Source: Schmidtea nova
Lineage: Eukaryota
Direction of reading: 5' to 3'
NCBI GenBank assembly: GCA_044892505.1
Contig: CM097883.1
Coordinates: forward strand, 160,642,001-160,706,000
Length of the DNA: 64,000 nucleotides
Of the stretch, positions 60,301-64,000 are shown piece by piece; the stretch's first letter is position 1, and every line of letters starts with the position of its first letter. A program made the position numbers and the translations under genes. A model generated the notes under the pieces. It saw nothing but the letters and a program-made list of their open reading frames with translations, searched no databases and was not told the DNA's origin.

Positions 60301-61449
60301 ACTAGAATTATTATTATTATTTTTTATTATTATTGTTATTGTTATTATTATTATTATTATTATAAAATGGTGATTCCTTGGTAGCAGCATTAAGTATTAA
60401 ATAAATTAAAAAATAAGTAACAAAATATGCTTAATAAAATTTTTTTTGCAGCAAAGGCTTATTTTATTACTTATTTATTAATTTATTATTATTATTATTA
60501 TTATCATTATTAACTATTTTATTATGCCTGATATTGGAACAAAAATCTGTGAAAACTAGAATAAATCATACCAATTTGTGGCACAAATTTGAAAATCTAT
60601 CAGTTTCATAAATAATGTCTTAGTATTGTATTTCACTGTATAATTAATTCATCTCTGAAACTGTACAGCTGCAAATAAAATTGAAAAAGTACTTTCTCGA
60701 ATTACTTACATCTGTTATAAAATAGTACATTTGTGAACTGTTACAATGAATATTCACATGATTTTATGATATATAGAACTCTTGGAAACATTTTTATGAT
60801 ATTTGGTTATCTCTCCACAATTCCCCTGTAACATACCAATAAATATCGCCAAAACTCTTTAAAAATAACCAAATATTCACTAATGTGAAATTGTTTCTTT
60901 TTCATAAATTAGAGGAAATATTTTATATTAAAAATGAGAATGCATTAAGAGCAGCAATATTGGCAATTTCATCATGCATGAACAATAAAAATTTAAAGCA
61001 ACTTTATATTGTCTTTACCGATTAATTTAGTTGCTTGCGTGCCACATCTGGCCCACAGCTTCAATTCTTTGGGATTCAAGCGTCTAATAAATCATCTAAT
61101 TTTTCCAAAATTACTAACTGAATCAACAACATAAAATCTTTTTACATCGTATTTTCTTAAAAATATCAAAAATAGGAATTTGAAATTTTTTGAAAGTTTC
61201 ACTAAACATCATTGATAGAGTTTTACAGAAGACTAACAAAACAAGATTTTCCAAACCTGAGAATATTTACATCAAAAATGTTGTCAATTTTTGGCAGTTC
61301 ATAAAAATATGAACAAACTTATTCCAAAATGAAAAATACAAAAACGAACAGCAGAAATAAACTATCAGATCTTTTAAGAATAGTAACATCGAAATAGAAC
61401 CCAAAATTAGAGAATTGAAAATTACCATTCAAGCGCACCCATCGCATCA

Positions 61450-61451
<2 letters not shown>

Positions 61452-61515
<64 letters not shown>
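61452..61515. repeat. (TA)n microsatellite (others at ~41489, ~47676, ~48830, ~58082)
   Basis: Pure TA runs. Confidence 0.95.
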
Positions 61516-61519
<4 letters not shown>

Positions 61520-61741
61520 TTTATCAATAATTCCCATAATGATGACTATAGATCAAAATTTTTTTTATAAACAATAACACAATATTTCGGCACAGCCTTT
61601 ATCAAATGTGTATACACACTTGATAAAGGCTGTGCCGAAATATTGTGTACTTATATAAAGAAATTTTGATCTATAGTCATCCATTATGGGAATTATTGAT
61701 ATTAATAATTAAAAAAGATCAAAGGTGAAACAAAAAGATAA
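61520..61741. repeat. Long palindromic (foldback) repeat, copy 2
   Basis: Arms ...gactatagatcaaaa...gcctttatcaa / ttgataaaggc...ttttgatctatagtc. Shares the tail aaaagatcaaaggtgaaacaaaa with copy 1 (inverted). Confidence 0.8.
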
Positions 61742-63705
61742 GTGAAAAAAATTTTAACAACTATATTTATTAGCATTATGGGTTAGGGTTATATCAAAAT
61801 GATTTACAATTAAAATGTATATGAAATTATTTATAACTAGAATTTAATTAAATAACCCATGTTTAAATAAAACATGAAAAACACAATTCCAGAAAACCGA
61901 TAAAATATGTATTTTTGAAGTGTTTGTCTAAAGTCGACAGTGTATGTATGTTCCTTACTTGTCCAGTCTTGAACCAAGGAGTTTTATTTGAGAATACATC
62001 AAACATGTGAGAAGCCGAAACATTTACAGAGACTTTCCTTGTTCAAGCCAGAAAACATTTTTGTTTCAATAGTTCGGTGACAAACACTGAATCGGTACAA
62101 AATCTGTTCCGAAATATGTGATAACTGGAAGAACCATGAATTGAGTTCGGAAGATTGTTATATAGATAAAGAAATATCCTGCTTGAGTAAGATAATCGAC
62201 GTCTGATGAAATTATTTGTTGTTTTTTCGGTAATAAAAAATCAAATGTATAACAATAATTCTGCTAACATATATATGCTTCTTTTTCTTGGCTACTTCAG
62301 AGTGTAAGAAAGGAAAGAAATTCTTCCTGCAGTGATCACAGATCCACAAAATTGTTAAAAATTAAAATTCTTTAGAAATTAAATTAAAAAACTAACTAGG
62401 CGCATATAACAGTGTAAAAAACAACTTCGTTTAAATATTAGAATTTGGTTTTGTTTTTGAAATAAAATATTTTATAATGTTCTTGTATATTTTATTCTTT
62501 TATCAATTAATTAATGTGTTAAATAAAACACGATGGATATTATTTTTAATACTCATCCAATGATTTTAAAAATCGAATGACATTTCAAATTTCAATGCTT
62601 CAATATGAACGTTCACAGTTTCGATAATGCCAACGACAATCATCGATATCTACGAATTCTTGATAGCAAAGATGCGGATACTTTGATTTTTTCATTTGTC
62701 AAATTATAAGCCTTAATGAAATCTTACTGCTGAAGTTGATATTTCTATGGTCATATTTTTTTAGCTTATTTGGTCACTGACAGAGAAAATGAAGACACTA
62801 AATTTACATACATTTTTGTTGAGGAATTCAAGATATCTGTGAATTTTCAAAGTTGTTAGCACTATGTTTACATTTGTTGTTTGGATTATTTCTAAATGTA
62901 ATGCTCAAAAATGTAAAGATTAAACATTTTTGAAAAATGCCTTTTTCAATGAGATGTTTTAACTAATAATCAATTATGCTTTTGAGAAGTCCCAAGCTTA
63001 TAATAACACCTAGAAACACTTTTATTTTGCATTCAGAGGTTTCTTACCCATTCTAAATAAAACGTGAAGATAATTCTCTCCGTGAAAATTGATAGACGTG
63101 TATGTGTTGATTTCTGAAAAAACAAGTTGATGGAACAATCAGTCCAATAATTTTTCCACCACTAGAGAAACTGACTCATTTTTCACGCTTGTCCATTTAC
63201 TCCATTGATGCGTGAATGGAATTCAATTAATATAATTTTTATTTATTCTCATTGGTGGTTACCGTTGTCTACCAAGTGTTATTTCTTCATTATCAGAACG
63301 TTGTAATGAATCCTTATTAATTCTAAAATAAATTCCTAAACATTTTCAGTAATACGTAATGGCCATGTAATATATTAGTGTCATAATAATTGACTTTTGA
63401 CCTCTGGTGTAAAAACATACATTTGAGCTATTGTGTAATTTTTACCTTTGATGTCTTAATAATAACAACACCTTATACTATTTTTACAGTTGTTACATGA
63501 ATTGTCAATATTTACGGTTTTATTGCGTAATATTATGGAGATTTGCATCTGACAAGAACATATCCTAATACTTAAATGTTACGAATTTTATTTTGTGAAA
63601 TAAAATCGATTTTAAGTACCCAAATATAAATACATCTCATACTACTATGTGCACCTAGATAGTAAGTAATAGCTGCAGATGGCAGCCACATAAAATTTTT
63701 AATCA

Positions 63706-63912
63706 ATGGACAAAGTGAAGCAGATTTCTCCCAAGGTTCGCAAAAAGATAATCAAATTAAGTCAACATCCCCAATCCACTCTGACTCCGGCTAAAATCGC
63801 AAAACATTGTGGTGGGGCACAACGGCATCATGAAACTTCACCGAAAAAAAGATCAACAACTCCTAAGCCACATATTGCAAACACTAATAATCTAGCAGTA
63901 ATTGATTTATAA
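63706..63912 (+). pseudogene. Possible Tc1-type transposase N-terminal HTH fragment
   Basis: KQISPKVRKKIIKL...AKIAKHCG resembles Tc1 paired-like HTH starts. Short and not continued. Confidence 0.3.
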
Positions 63913-64000
63913 TTTTTCAAAATTTTATCTAAAGCTTTCTGGCGATACTGGATATTTATATATATATATATATGTGTGTGTGTGGTAATATGTAAACACT

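Noticed and set aside
61779-61792. gggttagggtta telomere-like sequence
   Set aside because: Only two units, compatible with chance.

Overview
AT-rich, repeat-dominated eukaryotic (animal-type) genomic DNA. (TA)n microsatellites and a 45-nt GT-AG intron would fit a flatworm such as a planarian, but the species cannot be established from this window. The centrepiece is an apparently intact, very young ~15-kb Ty3/Gypsy LTR element on the minus strand (12980-27958). It has two 1083-bp TG...CA LTRs, a TTTG target-site duplication, a tRNA-Trp-type PBS and a PPT. Its single 3421-aa ORF has an unusual order: Gag with 4 CCHC knuckles, two ubiquitin-like modules and an AT-hook, an internal signal peptide plus a complete chuvirus-like fusion glycoprotein, a linker with PTAP and LYPx3L late-domain motifs, PR-RT-RNaseH-IN, and finally a second signal peptide plus an FN3-like type-I membrane protein. 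A second 678-aa ORF looks like a degenerate AlkB-like domain fused to a degenerate REX4/ISG20-like DEDDh exonuclease. I interpret this as a candidate enveloped endogenous retrovirus-like element with a gag-env-pol polyprotein. The rest of the window is a transposon graveyard: solo LTRs (one showing covarying RNA hairpins shared with the intact LTR), hAT and pogo remnants, MITEs and Helitron ends. It also holds a Penelope element with a minimal hammerhead ribozyme and a nested mini-Polinton, a Bcl-2-like pseudogene next to a Polinton end, and a 5'-nucleotidase fragment. All domain calls come from motif recognition by eye, not from database searches.
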